Below are positions 29,354 to 33,906 of a DNA stretch of 33,906 bases, in pieces. Location: contig LT635953.1 in assembly GCA_900128565.1 (NCBI GenBank), positions 1-33,906 on the forward strand, read 5' to 3'. A model generated the notes under the pieces. It did no database searches and was not told the origin of the DNA. It was given only the letters and a program-made list of their open reading frames with translations. The position numbers and the translations under genes are program-made. Numbering within the stretch: position 1 is the stretch's first letter; the number at the start of each line of letters is the position of its first letter. Origin of the DNA: Stramenopiles sp. TOSAG23-6. Lineage: Eukaryota.

Positions 29354-32300
29354 ATGGCTACCGTTGGCTCTTTACAGAAGAGTACACCCAGTTCTATACC
29401 TGGTGCATATCCTCTAAATGCTTCTGAACATTTGAAGGAGCTAGTATCCCCTCATATAGAATCGTTCAACTATGTGATTCATGATGGTCTTGAAGCAGCT
29501 ATTAATAGCCTTGCAACTTATCCAACTGTTATTACAATGGATAATGCAAAGCAAAAGAAGAAGAAATCAAACATAAATACAAAGAAACACAATACCCGAG
29601 CAGATTCGTCTAGCTCTTCAGGATCATCTAGTTCTGATGATAGTGATTCGGAGTCTTCAGAGGAAGAACGTGACGGAGATGTTCTCCAGTTGTGGATTGA
29701 AGACGCTGAGATTGGCTACCCCACTAGGTCAGATGATTCCCTTGACTCTCGATGTTTTCCAGCAGAATGTAGACAACTTGGTACAACGTATGATGCGCCA
29801 CTTTGGTTGACTATTTGTCGACGTGTTAATAATGGTACAGTTATTCGTATGCAACAAAAAGTTGGAGATATTCCAATCATGGTTCGTTCTGACCGTTGTC
29901 ACCTGAATGGTTTGTCTCCAAAAGAACTTGTACGTCGTCATGAGGATGCGGATGAATTTGGTGGATATTTTGTATGTAATGGTATCGAACGTTGTATCCG
30001 TATGTTACAAATCCCACGGAGAAATATGGTACAATCTCTTGATCGTCCGTCTTTTGCAAATCGTGGTCCGAAGTATTCCTCTAAAGCAACTTCAATTCGA
30101 TCTGTGACTGCAGATCAATCTGGTACTACTGTAACTTGTCACTACCAAACTGATGGTAATGTTATGGTTAGATTTCTTGTGCGTAAACAAGAGTTTTTTG
30201 TTCCAGTAATTCTTTTAATGCGAGCACTAAAAGAAGTAACTGATCGTGAGATTTACGATCGTCTCGTTGGTACGGGGAATAATTCATCAACTGATAAGGT
30301 AAATAAGAGTTCTTCATTTGTTGCTGATCATGTAGAAGTTATTCTTAGAGATGGGCGTACATATGGTGATATGTATTCTCGTACACAGTGTTTAGCTTAC
30401 CTTGGTGCTCGATTCCGTGTTTTGTTGCAACAAGGACTATCGTGTGAATTAATGTCTGATGCACAGGTTGGCCGTGCTTTGTTGCATCGTCATATTTTTG
30501 TGCATCTTAGTCAGTCATCTAAGATTGTGAACGATAATGCGGATAGTGCAAAGTTTAGTCTTTTGTTATTTATGCTTCGCAAACTTTTCTCTTTTGTTGA
30601 AGGTACGAGTGTCGCTGATAATTCTGATGCTCTTTCATCACACGAAATCCTCACTTCTGGTCATTTGTACATTAAAATTCTTAAAGAAAAAATCGAAGAC
30701 TTCATGCTTAATGTAAAACAATTTATTCTTGCTGATCTACGCCGTGATAGCTCTCGTGTGTCATTCAACAGTGAAACATACATTAAACGATCGTTAGACC
30801 GCCAAAAAGATTTAGGTAAAGAATTATACTATTTTCTTGCTACTGGTAATTTGAGATCTACGTCAGGTCTTGATCTGATGCAGAATTCCGGATTTACTAT
30901 TATAGCAGAGAAATTGAATTGGTTGCGGTATATTGCTCATTTTCGATCAGTACGTTTTATTTTTTTTCAATTTTTTTATCTAATTTTTTTTCGTACGACA
31001 TTTCGTACCTAACAAATTTTAGTTTTTTTTTTGAAATATTTTTCCAAAATACATGTACATCGAGGTAGATTTTTTGCGGAAATGAAAACAACAACGGTAC
31101 GTAAACTGTTGCCGGAATCGTGGGGATTTTTATGCTGTGTTCATACTCCTGATGGTTCCCCATGTGGACTTCTTAGTCATTTATGTGCCGCTGCAAGGTA
31201 AGTTTTTTTGAACGAAACAAATTCTTTCTTTTTTGTTTTTCTTTCTTTGTTTTCTGTAACATTCTATTGTTTTTTGTATAACTAGTGAAATGATTACAAA
31301 TTATTGACATTTTTGTCAATGTGCCGCTCCAGACTTAAAGAAGCTTCAACGGGCGTCTTGTAGACAGCAGGCAAGCACCCCACCATTTTCTTGCCGGATG
31401 ATCACTATAATACAATCAATCAATTAGAATTTTCAATCAATATATTTTAATTATCAATGTCACAATCAATATCACAACCAACTCATTGTATACATTTTGT
31501 TTTATTAATTATACACAATAGAATTGTTCCACAAGCTCAGGATACTTCCAGACTTCCAAGTGTATTGGTTGCATTAGGAATGATTCCAGATGTTGAAGAT
31601 ACGAGATTGCTTCTACCTCGTTCTCAATCTGTTGATGGTGAAGGCAAGGGATATCTTCCAGTATTGCTTGATGGGCGCGTCATTGGTGCTGTTGCCGTTG
31701 GACGTGCAACTAAAATGGTGTCTGAATTACGTAGAATTAAAGTAACAGAGTTAGCATCTCGTGTAGCTGCTGGCAAGTGTAACAGTAGTTACCTTACACC
31801 AGTTTCAGAATGCTCAGATGTGAAATTAATCGGTAAAAATCGAGGCGTTCCTGTGGATCTAGAATGTGCATTAGTACTACCAATGTCTGCTGAAGGAGGT
31901 GGACCATTTCCTGGACTATATCTTGCAGCTGAAGCTGCCCGATTGGTTCGTCCAGTTCACCATCTTGGTGCAAATGCTCCCGAGTGGATAGGTACATTTG
32001 AGCAGATGTTTATGTCAATTGGTTGTCAGGATGCAGAAGCTGAAGACGCTACTCATCGTGAAATCGATCCTATGAATATTCTCTCTGTAGTTGCTAGTCT
32101 AACACCTTTTTCGGATATGAACCAAAGTCCGCGTAATATGTACCAGTGTCAGATGGGTAAACAAACAATGGGGACACCATGTCACAATTGGATTAATCGT
32201 CGTGATAATAAAATGTATCGCATTCAACATGCACAAGCGCCTATTGTTCAAAATAAAGCACAGGTTCACTATCGTATTGATGACCACAGTAATGGATGTA

Positions 32301-33553
32301 ATGCTGTTGTTGCTGTATTGAGTTATACTGGTTATGATATGGAAGATGCAATGATTATTGGTAAAGGGTCGTATGATCGTGGCTTTGGACATGCATCTGT
32401 GTACAAAGTGAAAACTGTTGACTTGTGCGAACGCGAAGCCAATCCAAAAGAACGTTTTGGAGTTGAAGTTCCGGTTGAAGGAAATGTAAGTGAATGTAAT
32501 GGAAATACCACACATGGCAAAGGACAACAACAAGGCGCAGAGAATATCGATTCGGATGGTCTTCCACGTGTCGGAACAAGACTTGTCAAAGGTGATGCTA
32601 TGTATTGTACTGTAGATAAGACTACGGGTATAGGTCACTACGGAGTATATAAAGATAATGAACCATGTGTTGTGGAAGATGTACAACTTCTTGGTCCTGG
32701 TATGGGCAAATCTGAATTTACCAAAATTAGTATGAAGCTACGATACAATCGTAATCCAGTAGTAGGAGATAAATTTTCAAGTCGTCATGGACAAAAAGGT
32801 GTATTATCCTTTCTATATCCGCAACAAGATATGCCATTTACTGAAAGTGGAATGTCGCCTGATATTATTATCAATCCACATGCTTTCCCTTCTCGTATGA
32901 CAATTGGTATGCTTGTTGAAAGCATGGCTGGTAAAGCTGGAGCTCTTCATGGTCATTTTCAAGATTCAACTCCTTTTCGCTTTGATGAAAATCACCGTGC
33001 TGTAGATTACATGGGTGAACAACTAAAAGCTGCAGGTTACAATTACTATGGTAGTGAACCTATGTACTCTGGAATTACAGGTGAAGAAATGCAAGCAGAT
33101 ATTTTCATTGGTTGTGTTTATTATCAAAGACTTCGACATATGGTCAGCGATAAATCTCAGGTAAGATCAACTGGACCAATGAATTCACTCACAATGCAAC
33201 CTGTAAAAGGCCGTAAACGAGGTGGTGGAATCCGTTTTGGTGAAATGGAACGCGATTCTCTCATTGCTCATGGAACATCTTTCCTCTTGCAAGATCGTCT
33301 TTGCAATAGTTCAGATAGACATAATGCATGGGTATGTTCTAGTTGTGGGTCAATGCTCGGATTCCAATATCACAGAAAAGGCGGCGCAGCAATTCCTGGA
33401 GGTAAAATCATGCACGAAACTGCCCAAAATGCTTTACAATGCCGCTCTTGTAATAGTAAAAACATAAAGCAAACATCGATGCCTTATGTTGTACGTTATT
33501 TAGCTAATGAACTTGCAGCTATGAATATCAGAATGGGTGTGGAAGTATCATAA
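29354..33553 (+). CDS. POLR1B: RNA polymerase I second-largest subunit; exons 29354-30949, 31055-31197, 31522-33553
   Basis: [90 protein letters not shown]. The second intron is canonical GTAAGT...AATAG (31198-31521). Confidence 0.97.
30950..31054 (+). mobile_element. Introner-like intron copy 7 (GT...AT, 105 nt)
   Basis: GTACGT...TTCGTACGACATTTCGTACCTAAC...GAAATATTTTTCCAAAATACAT. Removal restores HFRSVHRG. Confidence 0.9.
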
Positions 33554-33906
33554 ATTAAATGAGTCAAAGACAAGCTTAATAAGTTGGAAAAATAATGAAA
33601 ATAATCTATTCGAAAAAGAAAATAATGAATGGGTGTGGATATTCTTTACTAACTCCGATTTTTTTTACTATATTATGTCTATTTGTCGCGTGTGATGTGC
33701 ACTATGAATTTGATCACTATAAAAAACTTTAAAAAAGCGACTTTTAAAATATTTTGTTTTTTATATTTTGTTTTTTATTTTGTTTAAGCGCACGAAATCA
33801 AATATCACAAAAAATCAAATAATAAAATTTTTTGGAACAGGAGCGCGAAAGTTCAAAAAGTCACAAAACACAACAACTTGAAAATAACAACAACTTCTTC
33901 TTCTTT

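Noticed and set aside
33680-33906. T-rich then A-rich stretch at the window end as a hairpin or element
   Set aside because: The complementarity is low-complexity and lacks the family motifs; probably promoter or UTR of the next gene.

Overview
Gene-dense, AT-rich eukaryotic nuclear DNA in the standard genetic code, probably from a flagellated protist (stramenopile-like; this is inference). It holds 16 protein genes: DCC1 (3' end), B9D2, NudE-like, a glycosyltransferase-like gene, two head-to-head coiled-coil genes resembling the outer-dynein-arm docking complex, Tctex-1, Gemin8-like, WDR12/YTM1, a secreted FKBP, a BSD-domain gene, a Caprin-like gene, DDX11/CHL1, MRPL49/Img2, CDT2/DTL, a 2109-aa IQ/p25alpha/WW/B-box protein, and RPA2/POLR1B. 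The main observation is a family of seven sequence-related 101-105 nt insertions in four genes (DCC1, the GT-like gene x2, DDX11 x3, RPA2). They resemble introner-type spliceosomal introns, with a GTAYGT-like donor, a palindrome followed by a CTAAC branch-point motif, and a conserved 3' block. None ends in AG at the position that restores the conserved protein motif: six end in AT and one in AC, and one copy also starts with TT. Ordinary GT-AG introns occur in the same window.
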